A DNA stretch of 50,099 nucleotides, taken from contig QKFI01000233.1 in NCBI GenBank assembly GCA_003251455.1, forward strand, positions 1 through 50,099. Reading direction: 5' to 3'. The first letter of the stretch is position 1. Each line of letters begins with the position of its first letter. This DNA is from Tolumonas sp. Its GTDB lineage: Bacteria; Pseudomonadota; Gammaproteobacteria; Enterobacterales; Aeromonadaceae. The translations under genes were made by a program, and so were the position numbers. This document shows, in pieces, positions 38,241-47,531 of this stretch. The notes beneath the pieces are model-generated. The model saw only the letters and a list, made by a program, of their open reading frames with translations, was not told the origin of the DNA and searched no databases.

Positions 38241-38916
38241 GATTCAACCTCTTATGATTCAGGTTCATAACCTTTCGCATCAGGTTCAGGTTGGAAATGA
38301 TGCTTTGTCTATTCTTCAGGATATCCGATTAGAGGTCAAACCAGGTGAAAGTATTGCCATCGTTGGCGCATCCGGATCTGGCAAATCAACACTCCTAAGC
38401 ATGCTAGCTGGACTGGATGAACCTACATCAGGAGAAATTTTCATTGTCGGTCATCCGCTTCATCAGATGGATGAGGAACAACGGGCACAACTCAGAGCTG
38501 AAAAAATAGGATTTGTATTCCAGTCATTTTTACTGATCCCTGAACTCACTGCTTTAGAAAATGTCATGTTACCAGCTGAGCTCAAAGGCATGAAAAACGC
38601 CCGGGAGAAGGCAATTGAATTACTGACAGAAGTAGGTCTTTCTGCACGACTGAATCATAAACCGTCACGACTCTCCGGAGGAGAACAGCAACGTGTCGCA
38701 ATAGCCCGTGCATTTATGTGTGATCCTCCATTGCTATTAGCGGATGAACCCACCGGAAATTTGGATCAGCATACCGGTATAAAAGTAGCGGATCTATTAT
38801 TTCGAATGAACAGTCAGTCTGGTTCCAGTTTAGTCATTGTCACTCATGATTCGACGTTGGCTGATCGCTGTCAGAAACGCTATCACATGGAAGCTGGAAA
38901 ACTGGAGGCATTATGA
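38239..38916 (+). CDS. ybbA: ABC ATP-binding protein YbbA
   Basis: [26 protein letters not shown]; divergent and overlapping with tesA. Confidence 0.9.
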   Translation: MIQPLMIQVHNLSHQVQVGNDALSILQDIRLEVKPGESIAIVGASGSGKSTLLSMLAGLDEPTSGEIFIVGHPLHQMDEEQRAQLRAEKIGFVFQSFLLIPELTALENVMLPAELKGMKNAREKAIELLTEVGLSARLNHKPSRLSGGEQQRVAIARAFMCDPPLLLADEPTGNLDQHTGIKVADLLFRMNSQSGSSLVIVTHDSTLADRCQKRYHMEAGKLEAL

Positions 38917-41348
38917 TCCGTTTACTCATAAGGCTGTTTTACCGGCTGGGCTGGCAAGGTGGATTACAATGGTTTGTGCTTGCGCTGGCAGTGAGTATCG
39001 CTTCCGTTCTTAGTGTTGCATTGTTATCTGACCGGTTGACGCAAAACCTCAGTGTTTCGGGGCGCGATTTTTTGGCTGCTGATGTAGTCCTTCGATCCGC
39101 TGAGCCGATTGTTGCGAATATTCGTAATGAAGCAAAAGCATTTAACTTACAAACAACTCAAACGACTGAGTTCTCGACCATGTTGCTGGCTGGGGACAAT
39201 ATGCAGCTTGCATCCGTAAAAGCAGTTGAAGATGGTTATCCTTTTTATGGCAAACTTCAACTGCATCCTGCTGAGGCTGTGCGACCGGGTGAGTTATGGT
39301 TATCCGAATCTTTATTGCGGCTGTTGCAGGTAAAACCCGGAGATATCGTTCAATTAGGGTCAACAACCCTGAAGGTTGCCGGTGAACTGATTCAGGAGCC
39401 CGACCAAAGCTTTAATCCGCTTGCACTCGCTCCCCGTGCTCTCATGCATCAGGCTGATTTAGGTGCTGCACAAGTTATTTTACCTGGGAGTCGTGTTACC
39501 CATCGTTTACTTTTACATGGCACAAGAGCCGAGCTTGATGACTGGGAAGCGCTCATCAAAAATCGACTCAAACCGGGACAGCGACTAATGAAGCCGGAAG
39601 ATGCAAACCGGAACTTATCTCGCCAATTAGAACGGAGCGAACGATTCTTCCGAATTGCCTCATTATTAGGTCTGTTACTGGGGGCTGTCGCAATGACGAT
39701 TGCGATCACGCATTTTACTCAGAAAACACAAACCATGTTGGCTTTGCTAAAAACATTTGGTTCATCAAGGCGGCAGATTGTCTTTTTATTGGGAGGGCTG
39801 CTGTGTTTACTGACACTATCTGGTGTTGTTCTCGGGTTGATTGTCGGGTGGGGGCTTCATCTATGGATGATTCAGTTACTGGGTTCTGCATTACCTGCTG
39901 ATTTACGAACAGTATCAATCACGCCTTTCCTGATTGTGCTTGGTATCTCCATTTTCCTTGTGTTGTCTCTGGTGCTGATCCCGCTTTTGCGATTGGTAAA
40001 TGTGCCTGCATTAAGAGTGTTGAGACAAGAACAGGAAAGCCAGATCCCCAATTGGTTCACATTGCCTGTGCTACTTTTTAGCTTACTATTTGTGAATTAC
40101 TTTTTGCTTAGGGATGCCACGCTGGTTTTCAGTTTATTGGGTGGCATTGTCCTTTTAGTCTGCTTGCTGGGAGGAATAGGGTATGTATTACTCCGAACGT
40201 TACCTAGTGGACATGTTGGCAGTAGTTTCTACCTTGCAGTTCAGCATTGGCAACGACAGCCTTTTGCTATTTTGAACCAATTAAGCGGTATTGCGCTCGC
40301 ATTGTTATTGTTAGGTGTTGTAATCAGCATGCGTGCTGAAATTGTTGGTGGCTTTCGTTCATTTTTACCTGCAGATGCTCCCAATCGTTTTCTGATTAAT
40401 ATTTCTGATTTTGATAAACCGGCGCTCGAAACTTTTCTGCGCCAGCACAAATTAGCGCATGCACCGCTTTATCCGATCGTGCGTGGACGTTTAATCAAAA
40501 TAAACGATGATTCTGTAACGCAGGAAAATAATCAGTCCGGTCGCAAAGGCATTCATCGGGAATTAACAATGACAGCGCAGACACAACTGCCTGCAGAATC
40601 TCCGATTGTAGAAGGTGCACCATGGTCTGGAACTGAAAAAAAACAGGTTTCAATCGAACAAGGTGTAGCTCAGGATCTAAACATCCACATCGGTGACAAG
40701 TTGACATTCCAAGTCGATGATCAGTCTTTCACGGTTACAGTAAAAAACATTCGTCAGGTTGACTGGCAAAGTATGCGACCGAATTTCTTTATGATTTTTT
40801 CACCTGATGTTTTCCAACCATTTATTGTCAGTTGGATGACAAGCCTAAAAGTTTCAGCATCTGCAATCAGCGATGAAGTGGAATTGGCCAGAACATTTCC
40901 AACAATTACCTCCTTGAATATTGATTCAATCTTGACCAAATTACAGGCAGTCCTAGATAAAGTTGCAAAAGCGATAACCTTACTGATGTTTTTAGTTGTG
41001 CTGTCTGCAACGCTGGTTTTAATTGTTCAATGGAACGCTGGCATGCAACAACGACAAATAGCCTTGGTTGTGATGAGAACATTAGGCGCAAAAAAACAAG
41101 TATTGCGGTGTATGCTCTACTGGCAAGCGCTATTATTAGGTACATTTGCAGGTTTTACAGCAGCGCTTTGCTGTGAGGTGGTTCGCTGGTGGATGCAAAC
41201 CCAGTGGAGCGATCAAAGCTGGACTTGGTTACCGCTGTTATGGTGGTTGTTACCGCTAACTGGCTCTGTCGTTGTCTTGAGTGTGTCTCAGTTTACATTA
41301 CAGCCACTTCTCACAAAAACACTCATGGGGCGGTTAAGATCACTTTAG
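38913..41348 (+). CDS. ybbP: FtsX/MacB-like ABC permease YbbP
   Basis: VKAV...YPFYG, DAPNRFLINI, YPIVRGRL, RQVDWQSMRPNFF. Confidence 0.9.
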   Translation: MIRLLIRLFYRLGWQGGLQWFVLALAVSIASVLSVALLSDRLTQNLSVSGRDFLAADVVLRSAEPIVANIRNEAKAFNLQTTQTTEFSTMLLAGDNMQLASVKAVEDGYPFYGKLQLHPAEAVRPGELWLSESLLRLLQVKPGDIVQLGSTTLKVAGELIQEPDQSFNPLALAPRALMHQADLGAAQVILPGSRVTHRLLLHGTRAELDDWEALIKNRLKPGQRLMKPEDANRNLSRQLERSERFFRIASLLGLLLGAVAMTIAITHFTQKTQTMLALLKTFGSSRRQIVFLLGGLLCLLTLSGVVLGLIVGWGLHLWMIQLLGSALPADLRTVSITPFLIVLGISIFLVLSLVLIPLLRLVNVPALRVLRQEQESQIPNWFTLPVLLFSLLFVNYFLLRDATLVFSLLGGIVLLVCLLGGIGYVLLRTLPSGHVGSSFYLAVQHWQRQPFAILNQLSGIALALLLLGVVISMRAEIVGGFRSFLPADAPNRFLINISDFDKPALETFLRQHKLAHAPLYPIVRGRLIKINDDSVTQENNQSGRKGIHRELTMTAQTQLPAESPIVEGAPWSGTEKKQVSIEQGVAQDLNIHIGDKLTFQVDDQSFTVTVKNIRQVDWQSMRPNFFMIFSPDVFQPFIVSWMTSLKVSASAISDEVELARTFPTITSLNIDSILTKLQAVLDKVAKAITLLMFLVVLSATLVLIVQWNAGMQQRQIALVVMRTLGAKKQVLRCMLYWQALLLGTFAGFTAALCCEVVRWWMQTQWSDQSWTWLPLLWWLLPLTGSVVVLSVSQFTLQPLLTKTLMGRLRSL

Positions 41349-41358
41349 ATGGCGTGTT

Positions 41359-42261
41359 TTATTCGTTCTTATTCATATGTGCTAATGCTTCAGTTAATGT
41401 CGGATATAGAAATTGAAATCCTTCTTCGAGTAAGTGTTTGGGTTGTACGTTCTGACTGCCGAGTAACAGCGACGCCATTTCACCAAGGACCAATTTTAGC
41501 GCCCAAGCTGGGGCTGATAAAAATCTGGGCCGATGTAAGAACTGAGCGTATAGAGATGCAAATTCAGCCTGAGTGACTGGATTGGGTGTCGTCACATTAA
41601 AAACACCTGCCAATGTTTCATGTTCTAAGAGGAAGAGGATGACCCGGATGAGATCTGTCCTACTAATCCAGGACATCATTTGTTCGCCATTACCCAATTT
41701 AGCTCCTAATCCGAACCAGAAAGGAAGCCAAAGTTTTTCCAACATGCCGCCATCAGTATCTAAAACGATTCCAAATCGTAAAATGCAAACACGGCAATTC
41801 AGATCTTTTGCCTGATTTGCCAACTCCTCCCAGCGATGACAGACTCTCGATGCAAAATCTGGGTAGAGGGGCTCATAATCTTCATTGATTGGGTAAAGTG
41901 ATTGTGAGCCGTAGTAACCAATTGCTGATGCATTTATCCATATCCGAGGCTTTGGGACGCTTTGTTTTAAAGCATGAATGAGCTGTTCAGTCATTATCCA
42001 TCTGCTTTCACTGATTCGACGTTTTTGGGGTTCAGTCCAACGTTTATTCGCAAGTGATTCTCCAGCAAGATTAATAATTACATCCACATCATCCATGTTT
42101 TTTAGTTCATCGATATGAATAACTTGAGAGTTATCCACAGATAACTGTTGAGCTGCTAACTTTGGCTGACGACTAATCAATAATAGTTCATGATCTAATC
42201 GCAATGAATCGACTAATTTATGACCAATAAAACCTGTCGCGCCTGTAATAAGAATCTTCAT
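41359..42261 (-). CDS. yfcH: TIGR01777 family NAD-dependent epimerase
   Basis: ITGATGFIG, INLAGE, ASAIGYYG, WE, LRFGIVL, G.QMMSWI. Confidence 0.9.
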   Translation of the reverse strand: MKILITGATGFIGHKLVDSLRLDHELLLISRQPKLAAQQLSVDNSQVIHIDELKNMDDVDVIINLAGESLANKRWTEPQKRRISESRWIMTEQLIHALKQSVPKPRIWINASAIGYYGSQSLYPINEDYEPLYPDFASRVCHRWEELANQAKDLNCRVCILRFGIVLDTDGGMLEKLWLPFWFGLGAKLGNGEQMMSWISRTDLIRVILFLLEHETLAGVFNVTTPNPVTQAEFASLYAQFLHRPRFLSAPAWALKLVLGEMASLLLGSQNVQPKHLLEEGFQFLYPTLTEALAHMNKNE

Positions 42262-42376
42262 ATCGACGTCCTGCCCATAAACCGAACTAAAATGATGCAT
42301 TCCACCTGATAAGCGTACGTCAGACAGCCGGCTTATGCTTGTTTTTTAGACATTTTTAGAATGATGCAATTTGATC

Positions 42377-42411
42377 TTATCCACATTTCCTGTGGGTAAA
42401 GTTGTAGATGA
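42377..42411. promoter_or_regulatory. cluster of three DnaA boxes (DARS-like)
   Basis: TTATCCACA-TTTCC-TGTGGGTAA-AGT-TGTAGATGA: a perfect forward box, a reverse box with 1 mismatch and a reverse box with 2 mismatches. Confidence 0.65.
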
Positions 42412-42447
42412 ATACTGTAAAATTAGCGGATATGTGGTGGGAAATAA

Positions 42448-42474
42448 AAAAGGCTCTGTTAAACAGAGCCTTTT
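42448..42474 (-). terminator. terminator of pta
   Basis: AAAAGGCTCTGT-TAA-ACAGAGCCTTTT. Confidence 0.82.
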
Positions 42475-42491
42475 AAATTCAGAATGACTGA

Positions 42492-44654
42492 TTACTCAGC
42501 AGCGGCATTCTGTGTTGCCTGAATACCTGTCAGGGCGATGGTGTAGACAATATCGTCTACCAATGCACCACGAGACAGATCGTTTACAGGTTTACGCATA
42601 CCTTGCAGCATTGGGCCGATAGAGACCAGATCTGCAGAACGCTGTACAGCTTTGTAAGTCGTATTACCAGTGTTCAGGTCTGGGAATACGAATACAGTTG
42701 CTTGACCAGCAACAGGTGAGTTAGGTGCTTTTGACAATGCAACGTCAGCCATTACAGCCGCGTCATATTGCAGCGGACCATCAATCACCAGATCAGGACG
42801 TTTTTCTTTCGCAATGCGGGTTGCTTCACGTACTTTATCGACATCAGCACCAGTGCCTGATGTGCCGGTAGAGTAAGAGATCATCGCAACACGTGGTTCG
42901 ATACCGAATGCTTTTGCAGAATCTGCAGACTGGATTGCAATTTCAGCCAGTTGCTCAGCATTTGGATCCGGGTTGATCGCACAGTCACCATAAACCAGAA
43001 CCTGATCCGGTAACAGCATGAAGAACACAGATGAAACCAGTGAACTACCAGGTGCAGTTTTGATGATCTGAAGCGGAGGACGGATCGTGTTCGCTGTGGT
43101 GTGAACAGCGCCAGATACCAGACCGTCAACTTCATTACGTTCCAGCATCATGGTGCCCAGAACAACGTTGTCTTCGAGTTGTTCGCGAGCAACAACTTCA
43201 GTGATACCTTTGCTCTTACGTAATTCAACTAAACGCGGAACATAGCGTTCACGGATTTCAGCCGGATCAAGAATCTCAACGCGATCTGATAAAACAACGC
43301 CTTGCTGTTCAGCAACACGGCGAACTTCTTCTGGATTACCCAACAGAACCGGACGCGCGATACCACGATCAGCACAGATCGCCGCAGCTTTAATTGTGCG
43401 AGGCTCTTCACCTTCAGGCAGAACAACACGTTTGTTTGCAGCACGAGCCAGCTCAGTTAACTGATAACGGAATGCAGGTGGGCTTAGACGACGTGGGTGA
43501 GTTGATGCTGCAGTCAGTGATTCAATCCAGTGCTTATCAACGTGACCAGCAACATAGTCCTGAACCAGTTCAATACGTACTGTATCGTCAAATGGAATTT
43601 CAACATTGAAATTCTGCAGACTAACAGCAGTTTGCCAGGTATTGGTGTCGTTGATCAGAATTGGTAAACCTGTTTGCATTGCTTGCTGGCAAAGCGCCAT
43701 AACTTGTGGCTCCGGCGTAAAGCCACCGGTCAGCAGTAATGCACCCAGTTTTACACCGTTCATTGCAGCCAAACAGGCTGAAACGATAACGTCAGAACGG
43801 TCGCCAGATGTAACTAGTAAGCTACCTGGTTTGAAGTGCTGCACCATATTATGAATAGAACGGGCGCAGAACGTGACAATGTTCAGTCGGCGGTTGTAGA
43901 TTTCACCTTCATTCAGTACGCGTGCTTTTAAATGACGGGCTAAGTCAATTGCACGTGGCGCAATCAGCTGAGCATTCCATGGGATGCAACCCAGAATTTT
44001 CAGTGGAGATTTGCCAAAGAACTGTAGGATTTCAAGGTGATTGCTAGCACTCTCGCCTGTGTGATGAGCTTCAAACATCTCAGTCAGATCAGGACGAGTA
44101 TTACCGTGTTCATCAACCGGCGCACCCACTTTATTAATAATACAGCCAACGATACGCTTACTGTTCACGCCACCAAAGTTAGAGCAAGCTAACTCAATGC
44201 GTTCTTTCAGTTTCTGGCTGCTATCGTTGCCAGGATGTGTTACCAGGACAATTTCAGCGTCCAATGCAGTAGCAATATCCTGATTCAGCTTGTTAGCAAA
44301 AGGTTGCTTATCAACAGGTACCAGACCTTCGATAACGACAACTTCAGCACTACTTTCTTTTACATGACTTTCATATAAAGCAACAATTTCTTCGAGCAGA
44401 ACTGCGCTATTATTTGAAGTGATCATGTTTTCTGCATACTGCAGAGAGAGTGGTTCAGGTGGAGTAATATTAGAACCAGCACGAATGACTGCTGTCGACG
44501 TTTCTGGGCCTGATTGACCTGGTCTCGGTTGGGCAACCGGTTTAAAAAAGCTAACGTTAACGCCATGACGCTCCATTGCCCGAACCATGCCCAGACTAAC
44601 AGAGGTAACGCCAACGCCGGTGCCAATCGGGATAAGCATGATAGTACGAGCCAC
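42492..44654 (-). CDS. pta: phosphate acetyltransferase (long form with DRTGG domain)
   Basis: [47 protein letters not shown]. Confidence 0.98.
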   Translation of the reverse strand: MARTIMLIPIGTGVGVTSVSLGMVRAMERHGVNVSFFKPVAQPRPGQSGPETSTAVIRAGSNITPPEPLSLQYAENMITSNNSAVLLEEIVALYESHVKESSAEVVVIEGLVPVDKQPFANKLNQDIATALDAEIVLVTHPGNDSSQKLKERIELACSNFGGVNSKRIVGCIINKVGAPVDEHGNTRPDLTEMFEAHHTGESASNHLEILQFFGKSPLKILGCIPWNAQLIAPRAIDLARHLKARVLNEGEIYNRRLNIVTFCARSIHNMVQHFKPGSLLVTSGDRSDVIVSACLAAMNGVKLGALLLTGGFTPEPQVMALCQQAMQTGLPILINDTNTWQTAVSLQNFNVEIPFDDTVRIELVQDYVAGHVDKHWIESLTAASTHPRRLSPPAFRYQLTELARAANKRVVLPEGEEPRTIKAAAICADRGIARPVLLGNPEEVRRVAEQQGVVLSDRVEILDPAEIRERYVPRLVELRKSKGITEVVAREQLEDNVVLGTMMLERNEVDGLVSGAVHTTANTIRPPLQIIKTAPGSSLVSSVFFMLLPDQVLVYGDCAINPDPNAEQLAEIAIQSADSAKAFGIEPRVAMISYSTGTSGTGADVDKVREATRIAKEKRPDLVIDGPLQYDAAVMADVALSKAPNSPVAGQATVFVFPDLNTGNTTYKAVQRSADLVSIGPMLQGMRKPVNDLSRGALVDDIVYTIALTGIQATQNAAAE

Positions 44655-44690
44655 TTTATATCCCCTTGTTACGACGGTTATTTACTAATG

Positions 44691-44713
44691 AAAAGGCTGC
44701 CAGTTGGCAGCCT
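44691..44713 (-). terminator. terminator-like hairpin between ackA and pta
   Basis: Minus strand AGGCTGCC-AACT-GGCAGCCT-TTT. Confidence 0.55.
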
Positions 44714-44736
44714 AGGTATTCTATATTATTAAATGA

Positions 44737-45936
44737 TTATACGGCGATTAAATTTGCAGAATCTCGTGCAATTACCCACTCTTCATTCGTTGGTATGACC
44801 ATTGCGATGGTACTACCTTCTTCAGTAATCACACCTTGTTTACCAAAACGAGCAGCCAGGTTCGCTTCTTTATTAACTTTAAATCCTAATAATGATAAGC
44901 GGTTCAATGTCAGTTCACGAATTGGTGCTGCGTTTTCACCGATACCGCCTGTAAATACAACAGCATCCAGACGGCCATCTAAAGCAGCTGTATAGCTAGC
45001 AATGTATTTTGCCAAGCGGTAGCAATAGATATCCATTGCGCGAGTCGCTTCTTCTTTCGCGCCATAGTTATCTTCAACATAACGGCAATCGCTGGTCACT
45101 TCGGTCAGACCTTGTAAACCTGATTCTTTGGTGAGCATTTTATGAATGTCATCCAGACTCATGCCCAGCGCGTCATGCAGATGGAAAATAATTGCAGGAT
45201 CGATGTCACCGCAACGTGTTCCCATGACCAGACCTTCCAATGGAGTCATCCCCATGGAAGTATCAACAGATTTACCACCTTTAATGGCACAAACTGAGCC
45301 ACCATTGCCTAAATGACAGTTGATGATGTTCAATTCTTCAACTGGTTTATTCAGTGCTTCCGCTGCTTTCAGGCTGATGTAATAGTGGCTGGTGCCATGC
45401 ATGCCGTAACGGCGAATACCATTTTCTTTGTACAGTTTGTATGGCAGTGCATACAGATACGCTTGTTCCGGCATAGATTGATGGAACGCAGTATCAAATA
45501 CGGCAACGTTTGGCAGAGTAGGGAACGCATGCTGGGCTGCGCGAATACCAACTAAATGAGCTGGGTTATGCAGTGGAGCCAGCGTTGAACATTCCTCGAT
45601 ACCTTTGATAACAGATTCATCGATCACGACGGAATGAGTAAATTTCTCACCGCCATGAACAACGCGATGACCAATGGCAACCAAATCCTGAGCCAGTTCA
45701 GGTTTGGTTGGTAAGATATTGTGAACAATAAAATCCAGCGCTTCCTGATGAGCAGCACCAGTACCTAAATCAGCATTTCCTTTTTCGCCGTCCAGTTTCC
45801 ACTTGATTCGTGCGTCATCGAGGTGTAAACATTCAGCTAGACCTGAAAGTTTTTCATCACCGGTGGTGGCGTCAATCACTGCAAATTTCAGGGAAGAACT
45901 ACCGCAGTTCAGTACAAGAACCAACTTGCTACTCAT
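44737..45936 (-). CDS. ackA: acetate kinase
   Basis: [42 protein letters not shown]. Confidence 0.98.
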   Translation of the reverse strand: MSSKLVLVLNCGSSSLKFAVIDATTGDEKLSGLAECLHLDDARIKWKLDGEKGNADLGTGAAHQEALDFIVHNILPTKPELAQDLVAIGHRVVHGGEKFTHSVVIDESVIKGIEECSTLAPLHNPAHLVGIRAAQHAFPTLPNVAVFDTAFHQSMPEQAYLYALPYKLYKENGIRRYGMHGTSHYYISLKAAEALNKPVEELNIINCHLGNGGSVCAIKGGKSVDTSMGMTPLEGLVMGTRCGDIDPAIIFHLHDALGMSLDDIHKMLTKESGLQGLTEVTSDCRYVEDNYGAKEEATRAMDIYCYRLAKYIASYTAALDGRLDAVVFTGGIGENAAPIRELTLNRLSLLGFKVNKEANLAARFGKQGVITEEGSTIAMVIPTNEEWVIARDSANLIAV

Positions 45937-45970
45937 TTACTCATCCTAAATATGGGGGGTTAAACAATAA

Positions 45971-46108
45971 GTTACAGATATGTTCAAAAAATGTTAAACA
46001 TAGATATCAAATATAGCATATCCTTAACTAAGGAGCCCACTCTTTACCTCTCGTTTAGAAGAGGGTTAAAGAGTCTATGTTCAAAAGATGAATGTTAATC
46101 TTGTGTTA
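45971..46108. promoter_or_regulatory. ArcA-like 11-bp-period GTTA/GTTC repeats in the ackA leader
   Basis: GTTA/GTTC/GTTA at 45971, 45982 and 45993; GTTA at 46094 and 46105. Confidence 0.4.
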
Positions 46109-46129
46109 CACTGTAACTTAAGGACGGGA

Positions 46130-46158
46130 AGAATACAGGTGAAGCAAGAAAAGCTCAA
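46130..46158 (-). promoter_or_regulatory. candidate sigma70 promoter of ackA-pta
   Basis: TTGAGC-17 nt-TATTCT on the minus strand. Confidence 0.5.
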
Positions 46159-46221
46159 AAAATATTTAGTTATTTAAGTTTGTAATTAAATTTAAAATCA
46201 GCGAAAGAGGGGGAAAGCAGT

Positions 46222-46644
46222 ATGGCATCTTTCGGTAGAACACTGGAGCTTGGCGCTGATTATTCTGTTGCATGGCCATTGCAACCTGAACTTTCTGTGA
46301 TGTTTCCTGAGCAGAAACTCATCCCATTACTGAACATCAGTAAAAAAATCATTCCGGCACTTATTGTGGTGGGTACTTGTTTACAGTTGCAATGGGGGAA
46401 TCCGTCGCACTGGCCAACATTATTTACTAGTTTCTTATTTGCGGTGAGTTTACCGGTACAAGGATATTTTTGGCTGGGAAAACGAGCTGAAACGGCACTG
46501 CCGCCATCGTTATCGCGTTGGTATCGCGAAATTAATAGTAAAATGAATTGCAGTACCGCAGCAGGTCGACCCAATTATTTCGATTTGGCGAAAACCTTAC
46601 GTAAAGCTTTCGAACAATTGGATCGTACCTTTATATTTAATTAG
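46222..46644 (+). CDS. yfbV: YfbV family membrane protein
   Basis: G..Y..WP...L...[27 protein letters not shown]; divergent from ackA. Confidence 0.9.
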   Translation: MASFGRTLELGADYSVAWPLQPELSVMFPEQKLIPLLNISKKIIPALIVVGTCLQLQWGNPSHWPTLFTSFLFAVSLPVQGYFWLGKRAETALPPSLSRWYREINSKMNCSTAAGRPNYFDLAKTLRKAFEQLDRTFIFN

Positions 46645-47387
46645 TACTTCGCGTTAATACCGTAAGAAACTAGAATTTCTTTCAGGTGTTCCATAACTTC
46701 TTTTTTAGGAGGGTGGATGCCTTCGAGCTCGTATTTTTCACCCATAGCAGTCCATTTATGTTTGCCTAGCTCGTGATAAGGAAGCATTTCCAGTTTTTCA
46801 ACTTTCCCCTGCAACTCATCCCGAATAAATCTTCCTAAGGCATGAGCACCTTCATCGTCATCAGACCAGCCTGGCACAACGACATAACGAATCCAGATCG
46901 TTTTGTTCTTTTTGACAAGATAGCGAGCAAACTCAAGGCAATACTTATTGCTGACATGTGTTAAAGGAATGTGGATTTCATCATTCATGTGTTTGATATC
47001 CAGCATGACTAAATCAGTTTGTTCCAGTAACGCGTCTAGTGCTTCATCGTAATGACGAACAAAACCATTTGTATCAAGGCAAGTATGTATTCCTTGCTCT
47101 TTACAGGCTTTGAACCATTCAGTCACAAATTCCTTTTGTAAGGTTGCTTCACCGCCTGATGCAGTGACACCGCCACCTGAAGAACGCATGAAATGCTTAT
47201 AAGAAAGCAAGTCTTTCATTAAGTCATCAACAGTGACTTCCCGGCCACCTTCCGTATCCCAAGTGTCACGGTTATGACAATACAGACAGCGCATCAAACA
47301 GCCTTGGAAAAAGGCAATAAACCGGATACCCGGACCATCAACGGTACCACAGGTCTCAATAGAATGAATGCGACCTTTAATTGTCAT
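46641..47387 (-). CDS. pflA: pyruvate formate-lyase activating enzyme
   Basis: [28 protein letters not shown] radical-SAM motif, SGGEA. Confidence 0.97.
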   Translation of the reverse strand: MTIKGRIHSIETCGTVDGPGIRFIAFFQGCLMRCLYCHNRDTWDTEGGREVTVDDLMKDLLSYKHFMRSSGGGVTASGGEATLQKEFVTEWFKACKEQGIHTCLDTNGFVRHYDEALDALLEQTDLVMLDIKHMNDEIHIPLTHVSNKYCLEFARYLVKKNKTIWIRYVVVPGWSDDDEGAHALGRFIRDELQGKVEKLEMLPYHELGKHKWTAMGEKYELEGIHPPKKEVMEHLKEILVSYGINAKY

Positions 47388-47482
47388 AGATAACTCCAGA
47401 ATACTTCTTTTATTTATGGTTATTTTATTACAGTTCTGCCAGAAGGGCACGAATAACACTCAGAAAGTAAAAGATAAAGCAT

Positions 47483-47517
47483 AAAAAAACCCCGGCTGTT
47501 ACCAGCCGGGGTTTTTT
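47483..47517 (-). terminator. terminator of pflB
   Basis: AAAAAACCCCGGCTG-TTAC-CAGCCGGGGTTTTTT. Confidence 0.88.
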
Positions 47518-47531
47518 GAGAACAGACAGTC

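Noticed and set aside
38238-38241. tesA and ybbA start codons overlap back-to-back (CATG)
   Set aside because: A divergent overlapping tesA/ybbA arrangement is already known from E. coli, and ybbA may start at 38254.
2505-41193. Several GCTGGTGG (Chi) octamers
   Set aside because: They occur on both strands in similar numbers and within Ala-Gly-Gly-type codons; no polarity signal is visible by eye.
42300-42445. DnaA-box cluster as a replication origin
   Set aside because: No AT-rich 13-mer unwinding element, only one GATC and no gidA/mioC/dnaA context; the geometry fits a DARS better.
45985-46020. 11-codon ORF MLYLISMFNIF in the ackA leader
   Set aside because: The AAGGA lies only 1 nt from the ATG, and there is no informative codon bias.
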